38,270 nucleotides of DNA from IMG/VR virus record IMGVR_UViG_3300044538_000011, positions 1 to 38,270 of that record; one strand, given 5' to 3'. This DNA is from a virus. Its lineage: Duplodnaviria > Caudoviricetes. Below, piece after piece: positions 26,201 to 34,452 of the stretch; position 1 is the stretch's first letter, and each line of letters begins with the position of its first letter. The notes under the pieces were generated by a model. The model was given only the letters and a program-made list of their open reading frames with translations, did not search any database and was not told the origin of the DNA. Position numbers and translations under genes: made by a program.

Positions 26201-28082
26201 GACATTTGGACTGGTTTTGGTGCCCAAAAAACTTGAGGAAGAGGAGGAAGAAGAGGAGGAGGAAAAAGAGGACGACCGCCAAATCCTCAAGGAGGATATG
26301 GAAGGTGGTTTACCCATCTTAGGAGAAAGTGTCGGTTGGGTGGCCGACAAGGATGCAGAACCGAAAGACAAAAGTGAAGAACCTAAAGATTTTGAAATTC
26401 CCAGGGAAGCGAAGGATCGAGAGGTACAAGGTTATGGTTTGGTGGTCAAATCGCAGGAGCATGAAACCGGTGCCATGGGATACGGGTTGGGGTGTCATTC
26501 TGAAGATAGCGTGATGGGTGGCCTGGCGATGGGAATGACAACAACATCATCCAATTTGCCAGTCATCCAATTTGGTGCGGCCCACTGTCCAAATACGACG
26601 GGCAAGACTCAAACAGTGGCGCTTTGTTTAGGTTTGGGTGGGTGTGTGCATGATGGAGAAGTGATTGGAATCGGTTTGGGTGGGCAAAGTTATGCAAACT
26701 ACCCGGCGCTGACCGACTCATTTATCCGTCTGAAAAGTTTAGCGCACACGGGGGCAACGCCAATTGATGGAATTTTGAACATTCAGTTGCGGCACGGGTC
26801 CGATAGTATTCAAGGAGTGCTACCCGCTTCTAAAGCGACGGCCAGTGACAACGAATTTTTGGGGGAACTTTTCACCCATCTGACTTCACCAAGCGAAGTA
26901 GTTAAAAGTTTCCTTCTAAACCAAGTGTCCGTGCCCGATGAGGAGGACACGGGATTGCGCATGATAACTTCGCTTTGGACAACAGAGCATGGATTTGTCG
27001 CGGAAATTGAATCTCTGTTATATTCACAAAGGCAGAAGAGAGTAGTTGCCACGAATACCACAGCATTGTCTTTTTCGCTTGGGCAAGTCAGCGTTGATAG
27101 TCAAGTAACGGGGTTTGGGAAGGCACTGAATCCTCGTCCGCAGGCTTTAGCTGTTTCTCTACGAGGAATGGGTTCTGTAGCGCAACACTCTAAGGACGTG
27201 TGGGTACCGAAATTGGTCACAGTGGTTACTCTAAGTCGCAGTCAGTCGATAGGTAAATTAATAACCTCCTCTGGACTTAACCTTGTTAAAATTCACCCCA
27301 TGCCTCCAAAACTTAGTCGTATTGTCGCGTCGTTTGAACCTAGAGAAATCCCAAAGTTTTTCACGCTTCGGTTGCTTAACTTACCGACTGAAGTGCTGTT
27401 TAAGGAGAAATCACTAGGTAAATCCGAAGTGGAAAGAGGAAGCAAGGCCAGGGTTATCGATGGCGTACCTTGCAAAATCTTTGGAAGAGGTGAACTTGTT
27501 ATTAAGGATAGAACGCCTTGGGGGAAAGGTATTTCTGTCAAGTTACCAAATGGAATGATACCCCTCGAATTCTTTGCTGTGAAAACAAAGGTTACGTTGG
27601 TAGAGAATATTCCCGCGGCAATATTGTTTTCCAATGTAGTCACGAAAGTGATGAAATTGGACGAGTCATTTTTAAAAGCCAGGGGCTGGGCCCAAGGGGC
27701 AGATGTCGTTTCTTTTCCACATCGGGCTTTGACTTACAACGCTTCGTTTCAAAAGATTTATCCAGCAACGAAAATTTTTGCTAGAGGCAACCCGGCATGG
27801 TTGGGAGGAAATAGTTTTTTTAGTTTAGCGAAGAGTGGGGCGAATAGTCGTGAGCCTGTTGGGTTGGAGTCTTATGGACTTTCTACGTTGTGTTACAGAA
27901 TATACGACACTTTTAATTGCTTTGATTATGGAACCAAGGAAGATGGTAGCACGACAGAGGTCGCTATAACAGGGGGTACAAGACAATTTATCTTAACAGA
28001 TGTAGAAATTTACTCTATTCCTATAAATTACGATGATCCTGAAGAGATTGTCTATGAAGAGCCTGAAGAGGAAGAAGAATGA
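23199..28082 (+). CDS. Large (1627 aa) mosaic tail-associated protein with acidic coiled coils
   Basis: ATGA-coupled on both sides. About 480 aa of E/Q/L coiled coil, then PGWQKFLPTYRTGTI region, a poly-Glu tract and a beta-rich C-terminal part. Confidence 0.75.
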   Translation: MINYQFTTQAFVVGQKGGGKYDVQAIYGVQPLLTEYKEIETTLVNTESLVKSAKAAVDERMEEITAMQEVLESLIATRVSAQQADKVNEALAERDKANSDMNYSQGRVDRLQESFDTLQEQIDPLEEQISHLEELLEGYAGNEELIEQTQTQIDELQAEVDELQEDQDKVDKKLKLAQEELEFYTRLFNEKDEAYNEIMALGNEEEFNASVKRISTFIAFAEEELREIRREYNRLLLKKSGLETRKNYIYTNWMSNRIEDVICIKGQNLPINALVELITVQGYASDVASQIEEQHKLINETQLSIAQSSDSIVKLYAQIAPLKNKLNTLSGKLSSVNSAWNFWKRQLKIASERVENLEQSVDENNQEIDKLQADLGEAQAVLTDLLDAEYQDEEAIEAQEDVIAELNDNLIDLQEHQKHLTGELQAATMDVSDKSERVESSASEKSDLEDSIESVRGEIDELVEKQEEWQEKIEAAETLIQNAITTISGLKNKDKYFISTDASEYVESVETVSGRFYSKPDTAGNLSLQLYSTVEQTAIMKRALSLSPAQLFFNYAILPGWQKFLPTYRTGTINFVYRNDNQELCCDVTLEPRFSECQNLDINKTTELTKTPFDSSMLVERLISGIGGYYFPVQWDDTNFGAKTKRFYLPKQVAYNRKNDPSNFLGKRCLVVFKEQDWEQPVVIWVDGLLESEYLCLGVYLDKYLTYSPTKQTFRRFQHIHKRVIHLTEDGIINGNYPLGDYTKVPLREIGVSATNIAFTFLLLDEPKNLEPDNIPTYINSDGLTLKEIFDLGGPWKVNFYGCPLIAKNGNLVVCSYKLKRFYPLGDAWDDYELRPSSLQGHSLYQILPCLEECTGYSPIYDFNYASVDQYIDDGGDTILGRLLCSTKQEILNIRFPPRLPMFTEYWFEDVLRKRLIYTNQGVSVETESTPSEHQFCLQVFAKAIQNNEVYGAGILYNSVLPKPDPNSKKSPITLKKEKKKILAETFSIVKPIAVLEVKQETFGLVLVPKKLEEEEEEEEEEKEDDRQILKEDMEGGLPILGESVGWVADKDAEPKDKSEEPKDFEIPREAKDREVQGYGLVVKSQEHETGAMGYGLGCHSEDSVMGGLAMGMTTTSSNLPVIQFGAAHCPNTTGKTQTVALCLGLGGCVHDGEVIGIGLGGQSYANYPALTDSFIRLKSLAHTGATPIDGILNIQLRHGSDSIQGVLPASKATASDNEFLGELFTHLTSPSEVVKSFLLNQVSVPDEEDTGLRMITSLWTTEHGFVAEIESLLYSQRQKRVVATNTTALSFSLGQVSVDSQVTGFGKALNPRPQALAVSLRGMGSVAQHSKDVWVPKLVTVVTLSRSQSIGKLITSSGLNLVKIHPMPPKLSRIVASFEPREIPKFFTLRLLNLPTEVLFKEKSLGKSEVERGSKARVIDGVPCKIFGRGELVIKDRTPWGKGISVKLPNGMIPLEFFAVKTKVTLVENIPAAILFSNVVTKVMKLDESFLKARGWAQGADVVSFPHRALTYNASFQKIYPATKIFARGNPAWLGGNSFFSLAKSGANSREPVGLESYGLSTLCYRIYDTFNCFDYGTKEDGSTTEVAITGGTRQFILTDVEIYSIPINYDDPEEIVYEEPEEEEE

Positions 28083-28648
28083 GCATTTTAACAATTATTG
28101 ACACTGACAAACCTACCCCGTCTGGCATTGTGATGACTGACGGGAGTAGCAGTGGGAAACCCGCGGAAATAGCAAACTTGTTGCAGACTGAAACGCATAA
28201 TGGCGCAGCGTCTGCAATTAATTTTAAGTTGTTTAATTCAGTTAAGCGAGGGGCCGAACAATTTCAAGCCACAATTGGAACGTTTGCCGGCCAGCAGGTA
28301 TTAACTGAGGAAAGTAAGTTTAAAATTTTTGGGCGTGCTGAGAGGACTGATAAACAGAAAGAGACTACTGACAATTTGAAAATATTTGGATTGGGTGCAA
28401 CCGCCGAAGAAATCCAACCGATTTTCAACTTGTTCGCCGACGGTTGTTTGGAGGCGGTGGCAGTCAATTTGTCCATTGAATCCTCTCTCAGAATCCAGGG
28501 AGAGGCATTGGATGGAGTCATCTTTGCCAGTCTGTCAGATACTCAACAAGACGAAAGTTTATTTGGTTATATTGTTTTATCACACGCAAACTCTCCCAAG
28601 GAGGAGGCTGTTAATTTTGAAGTGGCCTCCCTGGTGAGGATTGCATAA
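28079..28648 (+). CDS. Hypothetical protein (tail operon)
   Basis: ATGA overlap with the upstream gene; 189 aa. Confidence 0.65.
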   Translation: MSILTIIDTDKPTPSGIVMTDGSSSGKPAEIANLLQTETHNGAASAINFKLFNSVKRGAEQFQATIGTFAGQQVLTEESKFKIFGRAERTDKQKETTDNLKIFGLGATAEEIQPIFNLFADGCLEAVAVNLSIESSLRIQGEALDGVIFASLSDTQQDESLFGYIVLSHANSPKEEAVNFEVASLVRIA

Positions 28649-28665
28649 CTAATTGGAGTAATTTT

Positions 28666-29040
28666 ATGGCTTTAAAAATCAATACAGAGTTTCAAGATCA
28701 GGTCCTTAATGCCGGATTTAAGTCTTGCATGGGATCCGCCACTTTAAAAATCTATGGCGGCACACGGCCACAGGCAACAGATGATCAACCAGAGGACGCA
28801 GAACTTGTTTCCATCAATATGGGGGCGTTTAATTCCGCATCGGACGGGTTCATGGGGCTGACTACCCAACCCGGCGGCACTGCCACGACAGGCGGCATTG
28901 CGACGTGGTTTCGCATCACCTCTGGGAATTACATCATGGACGGTGATGTCGGGGATGATTTATCGCTGGACAACACGGAAATCCAGAAGGATAAAATGGT
29001 GAAAATCCTCGCTTTCGTTTTGCATCAACCGGGAGGTTAA
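28666..29040 (+). CDS. Small virion structural protein
   Basis: GGAG RBS; LKIYGGTRP..AD...G.ATWFRI...DGDVG pattern common in phage tail regions. Confidence 0.7.
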   Translation: MALKINTEFQDQVLNAGFKSCMGSATLKIYGGTRPQATDDQPEDAELVSINMGAFNSASDGFMGLTTQPGGTATTGGIATWFRITSGNYIMDGDVGDDLSLDNTEIQKDKMVKILAFVLHQPGG

Positions 29041-29042
29041 TC

Positions 29043-29714
29043 ATGTCGATTTTGGCCATCATTGGGGAATCTGGAAGCGGCAAATCGACGACGCTTCGGA
29101 CCCTCGACCCGGAGAGGACTCTTATCATCGATTCCGACGGCAAAGGACTGAGTTGGCAGGGATGGCGGAAGCAGTACAAGGACGGCGTAAATTACTTCAA
29201 AACGTCGCGTTGTGATGTGATTTACCGCATTCTGGAACCCGCAATGAAGTCGGATAAGTTCACAAATTTTTGCATTGACACGGTGTCCGGTGTGATGTTA
29301 GACATCGAAATGGGTCGGGCCCTGGAGACGGGTTACAATAAATGGACCGAACTGGCGAAAAGTATTTACGACTTGGTGAATTATTGTGCCGTCGCGTCTT
29401 CGGAATCGCGAAATTTCATTCTAACTTTCCACACGGAAGTGGACCGAACGAACGGTGCCGACGCCTGGACCCAGATTCGGGTGTCCGGGCGAAAATTGGG
29501 TGTCATTGGGTTAGAAAGTAAGTTCCCTATCGTCCTCCTTGCCCGCCAAATCTTTGAAGAAAGAGGCGGGAAGGGGAACAATCGGTATGTGTTGGAAACG
29601 CAATCTTACCGAAGCACTGCGAAGTCGCCCGTGGGAATGTTTCCTGAGTTTCAAATCCCGAACGATGGTGCTTATATTCTGCAAAGGATTGCAGAGTATG
29701 AGGGAATTAATTAA
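29043..29714 (+). CDS. Phage P-loop NTPase (AAA_24/Sak4-like)
   Basis: IIGESGSGKST Walker A, CIDT Walker B, GYNKW, AKSPVGMF, IPND. Confidence 0.85.
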   Translation: MSILAIIGESGSGKSTTLRTLDPERTLIIDSDGKGLSWQGWRKQYKDGVNYFKTSRCDVIYRILEPAMKSDKFTNFCIDTVSGVMLDIEMGRALETGYNKWTELAKSIYDLVNYCAVASSESRNFILTFHTEVDRTNGADAWTQIRVSGRKLGVIGLESKFPIVLLARQIFEERGGKGNNRYVLETQSYRSTAKSPVGMFPEFQIPNDGAYILQRIAEYEGIN

Positions 29715-29836
29715 AGCATGTCTATCCTTTTTTAAACCAGACAAAAGGTATTTATATAGATAATTAAATAAATTTATTTTATCCATAAATACTTTTTGAA
29801 TGGTTTATTTTGGAAGACTTTTTGCGGTCAAGAAGC

Positions 29837-29994
29837 GAAGCAAAAAGGAAGCGAAAAGGAAGCAAAAAGGAAGCAAAAACAAAAGTTAAGAAGGAAGCCG
29901 AAACTCCGCATGAACAGTGGCTTGAGGAGGCAAAAAAAGAAGCAAAAAGAAGCAAAAACCGAAGTTAATCGGAAGCAAATTTGGAAGTAATTTT
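29837..29994 (+). repeat. GAAGCAAAAA(G) 10-11 bp repeat array in an AT-rich intergenic region
   Basis: Four 11-bp units at 29837-29880 and about six more, increasingly degenerate, at 29927-29994. Confidence 0.8.
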
Positions 29995-30118
29995 TCGAGT
30001 TCATAGAAGTGAGTAACTGGAAAATTTTTGAATGAATTTTCATCCCCTACTTATTTTTATCCATTTATTTTTTGAATGAAAGCATGGGTCTGTTATTCAT
30101 TTTTTACCCACTCAAAAA

Positions 30119-30652
30119 TTATTTCTTTTGTCTGTAATGTCCTCTTACTTTTGTGCCATCTTTTTTCGTGTAGGGTCTCACCCATGTCTTATTTCCTCCT
30201 GAAGAAGAAGGAGGAGGAGAAGGAGAAAAAGAAGGAGAAGGAGGAGGAGAAAAAAACGTGGGTGGTGGAGAAGGAGGAGGAGAAAAAGAAGAAGGTGAAG
30301 GTTCGATAATTATCACTTCTCTCTTCTCTTCCTTCTCTTCTATAAGTGGAAGAGGGGGTACAAAAGGAAGCGGGGGAAGTGGTGGTGGTGGGACGAAAGC
30401 AGTTACCTCCGCGCTACGGAAACGCAGAATTTGTTCTGGGCAAAGTGAACCGAATTCGTTTGATAGTAACCAGGGAGGGAGGTGAGAATTTTTTTGTATT
30501 ATCTTTTCACATTCCGCCGGACTTGGGGTCGGGACTCCCGGTGAGACCCGACCCAAAATTTTATTCTCCGGCGGCAAGGATGGCGATGGTAAGACACGGC
30601 AGGGTTGGCACCCTACAACTACCATCAGTAGTAGTATTAATATTATGTACAT
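30119..30652 (-). CDS. Putative lipoprotein with Pro/Ser-rich linker and basic C-terminal hairpin
   Basis: MYIILILLLMVVVGC lipobox-like; C-terminal WVRPYTKKDGTKVRGHYR; overlaps the repressor stop. Confidence 0.65.
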   Translation of the reverse strand: MYIILILLLMVVVGCQPCRVLPSPSLPPENKILGRVSPGVPTPSPAECEKIIQKNSHLPPWLLSNEFGSLCPEQILRFRSAEVTAFVPPPPLPPLPFVPPLPLIEEKEEKREVIIIEPSPSSFSPPPSPPPTFFSPPPSPSFSPSPPPSSSGGNKTWVRPYTKKDGTKVRGHYRQKK

Positions 30653-30990
30653 TTTTCAGCAAGGTTATCCAGTTTTCCTTCGACAGACACGAGTCGTTTA
30701 AAAACGATTTGAAGTAACCCCACTACTTCATCATCTTTTTTGGGTGGTGGCAACACGGCCCCGCCCTTCCCTGACACTAGCCAGTCGATGGACACATTTC
30801 TTTCCATCGATGCCTGGAAACATTGTTTATATGGCATCAGACCACGCGCCCTCCAAACATTTACAGTTCCGTGCGAGAAATTCATCTTCCGTGATAGATC
30901 AAGATCGGTGTCCGCCCCATAGACAAGTTTCAACCTTTCTATAACAGCGTTAATTTGTTCCCTTACTTCATTTTCATTAGGCGTGTTCAT
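30643..30990 (-). CDS. cI: CI-like repressor (phage 186 CI N-terminal HTH type)
   Basis: IERLKLVYG..TD.DLS....S.GTV..WRARG..P...VSIDWLVSGKG; divergent from a Cro-like gene. Start inferred. Confidence 0.85.
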   Translation of the reverse strand: MNTPNENEVREQINAVIERLKLVYGADTDLDLSRKMNFSHGTVNVWRARGLMPYKQCFQASMERNVSIDWLVSGKGGAVLPPPKKDDEVVGLLQIVFKRLVSVEGKLDNLAEKCT

Positions 30991-31007
30991 ATTTTTTTCA
31001 AAAACAG

Positions 31008-31036
31008 TTGAAATATTCAATTGGGATTAATATAAT
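31008..31036 (+). promoter_or_regulatory. Sigma70 promoter for the lytic early operon
   Basis: TTGAAA-17 nt-TATAAT; -35 overlaps the near-palindrome TTGAAATATTCAA. Confidence 0.75.
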
Positions 31037-31086
31037 TAACTTATTCTGTTTTATAGTTTAATAACTTTTTTCAAAAAAACAATACC

Positions 31087-31380
31087 ATGGGAAAAAATAT
31101 AAATGATATTCGTTCGGCCTTGAGAGATAAGGGGTACTGGACACTGGCGATGTGGGCACGTGAACATGGCTACAAGTATTCCGAAGTGACAGGCGCGATT
31201 ACTCACTGGACAACACTGCCCAATCGTGAAAACGTGCTTTATCGGACCACACCTGAACCGCGGGGGAAAAGACGGGAGATACTCCAAAAATTGACAAACA
31301 CGCTGGGATTTGAATTTGTGCCCGGCATCACCATCACCATCACCACAGAGGTAATTGAAAATGAACAAGTTGCGGGATAA
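31087..31380 (+). CDS. Cro/Ner-like DNA-binding protein
   Basis: IRSALRDKGY.TLAMWAREHGY.YSEV..AI...PRG....I...L; divergent from cI. Confidence 0.75.
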   Translation: MGKNINDIRSALRDKGYWTLAMWAREHGYKYSEVTGAITHWTTLPNRENVLYRTTPEPRGKRREILQKLTNTLGFEFVPGITITITTEVIENEQVAG

Positions 31381-32554
31381 CAGACCCAGAATGTTCTGGT
31401 GTGAAGACGAGCTGTTTGACTCAGGGATTGCTAGAAACCTGAGTCAGCTCGCCAAAGAGAAAGGACTTAAAATAAAAGGCGCAACGGCAATCTGCGTATA
31501 TTTTGCGCTATGCAGACACGTTGGAAAAGATGGGCGGTGTTTCCCGTCGATCTTGTTACTCGCCGACGAAACGGATCTATCGCCTAGATCGGTATCGTCA
31601 GCTATTTCCGTTTTATCCTTGGCAGGGTTAATTGGTGTGGAAAGAGAACTAGATGGCAAGAAACACCAAAACAATATCTATAGTATCAACTCCTGCCGTG
31701 AAGTTGCAAGACGGCATGGGTGGAAACTTGAAAGAACCGTCCAGTCACCGCGCCCGGAGGTCGTCAACACGGCCCCCAAACCGCGGGTCATGCCTGTTGT
31801 TCATCCGCCCGTCGTTGCGTCCATGCCTGCACCCGTGCCTGCACCCGTGTCTGCACCGCCATCTATTCCATCCATTCCATCGCCATCCATTCCATCGCCA
31901 TCCATTCCATCGCCATCCATTCCATCGCCATCCATTCCGTCGATGGATTTGAAATACCCCGAAAACTGGGGGAAAGAAATTTGTGCAAACGTGTCTCAAC
32001 GTCTGGATCGACTTCCCATGGAAAAGAGACAGGCGGTGTTAGACAAATTTGCGGCGGCTCTGGCTTTGGAAAACATTCGTTCCCCATACGCATATCTCGA
32101 TAAGATTATATCGAATGAATTTGCATCACCAAGTATTCCCAAGCCTGTCGTCGCCAAGCCAGTCACCACGGCCCCCGTCGCTGAAGCGGGTTGCAAATTC
32201 TGCGATACCGAAGGATTTTTGCACATCATGGATAAGGATGATGTGCAACGCACGGTCAAATGCCGACATGATGAAGTGGCACTGGTTGATATTCTCAAAA
32301 AGAAAGGGGACCGAGTGAATGTCTCACGTTTGCCATTCGCAAAACGTGGGGCAGTTCTCAAGTCTTTGCCGGCTGAAAATATTTACCAAGAGGATTCAAC
32401 AACCACATCGGTGTTGAATATGTTGGGCCAACGGGCGGCGCGTCAGGCCAGTGCGAGTGCAAAAAGGCAAGCACCAAAATCCGTTGACTTCAATGAGTTG
32501 TCCAGACATTTGGATCAACTTGCCCGGTCCAGATTAGAGAGTTTATGTACCTAA
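31361..32554 (+). CDS. Replication initiator-like protein (N-terminal HTH_36-type)
   Basis: VY.ALCRH....G.CFPSI..LADET.LS.RSV..AI..L...GLI; Pro-rich repeat linker; IRSPYAYL; CKFC...C.H. Confidence 0.75.
   Translation: MNKLRDNRPRMFWCEDELFDSGIARNLSQLAKEKGLKIKGATAICVYFALCRHVGKDGRCFPSILLLADETDLSPRSVSSAISVLSLAGLIGVERELDGKKHQNNIYSINSCREVARRHGWKLERTVQSPRPEVVNTAPKPRVMPVVHPPVVASMPAPVPAPVSAPPSIPSIPSPSIPSPSIPSPSIPSPSIPSMDLKYPENWGKEICANVSQRLDRLPMEKRQAVLDKFAAALALENIRSPYAYLDKIISNEFASPSIPKPVVAKPVTTAPVAEAGCKFCDTEGFLHIMDKDDVQRTVKCRHDEVALVDILKKKGDRVNVSRLPFAKRGAVLKSLPAENIYQEDSTTTSVLNMLGQRAARQASASAKRQAPKSVDFNELSRHLDQLARSRLESLCT
31826..31942 (+). repeat. Tandem repeats inside the initiator gene (12-mer x2-3; 15-mer CCATCCATTCCATCG x5)
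   Basis: 15-mers start at 31868, 31883, 31898, 31913, 31928 (last with one mismatch). Confidence 0.92.
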
Positions 32555-32730
32555 CCTTTCGCCAGGTTGCCCAACAGTACCCTGCTTTCACCGTCGGGAA
32601 ATTACGGTGGTGGTGGTTTAAACGTTTGCCCGGCTTTGAGGACTGCGTTCTTCGAATTGGACGGCGTTTATTTGTGAACATTCCAGAATTTGAGGCATGG
32701 TTACATGGCTTGCATCACAAAAAGGGGTAA
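32545..32730 (+). CDS. xis: Excisionase/recombination directionality factor-like protein
   Basis: YLTFRQVA...RIGRRLFVN..EFEAWL; overlaps the integrase start. Confidence 0.75.
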   Translation: MYLTFRQVAQQYPAFTVGKLRWWWFKRLPGFEDCVLRIGRRLFVNIPEFEAWLHGLHHKKG

Positions 32731-33718
32731 TAGATGGCGTGTGCAAGTACGAAAATCGGGGTGTGCGTCGGTCAATAAAACGTTTGACCGGTTAACCGAT
32801 GCCCGCGCCTGGGCCTCTGAAACTGAGAAAACCATCGCACGGACTGGGCGCGAGAGGCATATTTTTCGCCAATTGGCAGATAAATATGTGGCAGAAGTGA
32901 TGGTGCATAAGAAAAATAGTACCCAAAGGACGCAAAAGGGACAAATTGACCGCTGGCGGGCGGCTTTGGGAGCGTGGGATTTGAGAGAATTAAATGCAGA
33001 CTTGATTCTGGATAACAGAAATTGGCTACAGGAACGGTACGGCTTCGGCCCGGCGACGGCAAACCGCTACATGGCGGTGTTGAATCATTGCCTCAACTTT
33101 GGCGTGGCCCAACGATGGCTGACTGAGAACTGTTTGACCGGCAGACCGTATAAACACCGCGGTTGTGAGAAGAGTCGGACAAGATTTTTAAATGATGATG
33201 AAGTGGTTCAACTGACCCGGCACTGTCGGGGTGCATTGCGCACTATCGTAACCTTGGCTTTGCACACTGGCATGAGAAAAAGTGAAATATTAAACCTGAC
33301 ATGGGGTGACTATGACGTAAAAAATCAGCAAATTTTTCTGAAAGATAGCAAGAATAACGAGACACGCCTCGTTTCTCTCTCTCATTTCGCTGTCAATGCA
33401 CTGCGGGAATGGGGGAGAGTCCGACGGATAGATTCCCCTTTAATCTTTCCGTCGCCCTCACACCTTCAGAAACCTATCAATATTGACCGCGGTTTCAGGA
33501 ATGCCGTTAAAGCGGCCAAATTGGAGGGTGTGCGTTTCCATGACCTTCGACATACCACGGCCACACATTTGGCCCTGGCGGGCGTGGATGCGCTGTTAAT
33601 TGCGGATATTTTAGGGCACAAAACTCTCGATATGACACGGCGATATGCACACCTGTCGAATGAATCAAAGAGGGCGGCTCTGGAAAAAGTTTCGTTTTCC
33701 AAATTGTTGGTAATTTAA
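32705..33718 (+). CDS. int: Tyrosine recombinase/integrase
   Basis: TGMRKSE, SKN, FHDLRH, LGHK, RRYAH catalytic residues; MACITKRGNRWRVQVRK arm-binding N-terminus. Confidence 0.96.
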   Translation: MACITKRGNRWRVQVRKSGCASVNKTFDRLTDARAWASETEKTIARTGRERHIFRQLADKYVAEVMVHKKNSTQRTQKGQIDRWRAALGAWDLRELNADLILDNRNWLQERYGFGPATANRYMAVLNHCLNFGVAQRWLTENCLTGRPYKHRGCEKSRTRFLNDDEVVQLTRHCRGALRTIVTLALHTGMRKSEILNLTWGDYDVKNQQIFLKDSKNNETRLVSLSHFAVNALREWGRVRRIDSPLIFPSPSHLQKPINIDRGFRNAVKAAKLEGVRFHDLRHTTATHLALAGVDALLIADILGHKTLDMTRRYAHLSNESKRAALEKVSFSKLLVI

Positions 33719-33735
33719 CGTTGTGTCTGTGGTTT

Positions 33736-33771
33736 AGGTTGTCACGAGTTCTGGTGGCAACCTTTTTTTTT
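33736..33771 (+). terminator. Rho-independent terminator after int
   Basis: AGGTTGTCAC-8nt-GTGGCAACCT followed by a T run. Confidence 0.8.
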
Positions 33772-33791
33772 GCCCATTCAAAATCGAAAAG

Positions 33792-33824
33792 AAAAGCCCA
33801 TCGGCCAAAACCGACGGGCTTTTT
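33792..33824. terminator. Second, possibly bidirectional terminator
   Basis: AAAAGCCCATCGG-CCAAAA-CCGACGGGCTTTTT. Confidence 0.7.
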
Positions 33825-33962
33825 CTACTATCCCTAATGGGAACTTGAAACAAGAATAGCAAACCTACCCTGATTTCTACTCCATGTGGAACTTTAAACG
33901 GCTGAAAAACTTTTACCAATATTACCCAATGTAATTTAAGGTACCTAATCTGATTTTTCAAG

Positions 33963-34028
33963 TCCATTCCATTTTCCACTCTCTTCCACTCCATTCCATT
34001 TTCCATTCCATTTTCCATTCCATTCCAT
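33963..34028 (+). repeat. (TTCCA)n-type tract
   Basis: TCCATTCCATTTTCCA... repeated units. Confidence 0.85.
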
Positions 34029-34117
34029 CATCCCATCAAAAAAATGTGGTTTGCTTTACTAAAACTAGAAGAGATTGAAGATTCCTTAAATTGAATACCT
34101 TCGATTGGATTCCTTAC

Positions 34118-34199
34118 GATGCAACTGGTGCATGTGATCGGATGCAACTGGTGCATGTGGTAGATGCACCAGTTGCATCTGCTATATGCAAAATTTGCA
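34118..34199. repeat. GATGCAACTGGTGCAT x3 (two direct, one inverted) plus a fourth TGCA-N5-TGCA
   Basis: Copies at 34118, 34141, inverted at 34164-34179; TGCAAAATTTGCA at 34187. Confidence 0.88.
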
Positions 34200-34427
34200 G
34201 ATGCTTACGCTTTGTTTTGCAAACTCTAAGTTATTAATGTGGTAAAAAAAAGACACCTGTATTGATTCGGCAACAATATTGGAAACAGTTGGCATTGCTG
34301 TGACAAAAGTGTGCCAGGGGAGGAGGGAAGTTTATGGAGGATGGCATCAGACGTGGGTGGGTGTGAAAGTGTGATCGGATTAGAAATCCGACGACACATA
34401 CAAGATGTATATTCCGCAGTATTTCTA

Positions 34428-34452
34428 TCCATTCCATTCCATTTTCCATTCC
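34428..34452 (+). repeat. (TTCCA)n-type tract
   Basis: TCCATTCCATTCCATTTTCCATTCC. Confidence 0.85.

Noticed and set aside
13014-28082. Diversity-generating retroelement or tail-fibre shufflon
   Set aside because: No reverse transcriptase, no TR/VR pair and no inverted fibre cassettes seen. Differences between the end alleles are not adenine-specific.
29796-30309. Lys/Glu-rich ORFs 29796-29990 and 30076-30309
   Set aside because: They are translations of the GAAGCAAAAA array and of the antisense strand of the Pro-rich gene; no convincing RBS.
33734-34449. Minus-strand ORFs starting MENGME
   Set aside because: The shared start is produced by the TTCCA tracts; the rest has no recognisable features.
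33963-34452. Human satellite (GGAAT)n contamination
   Set aside because: Tracts are short, embedded in continuous phage sequence, and a related unit lies in frame inside the initiator gene.
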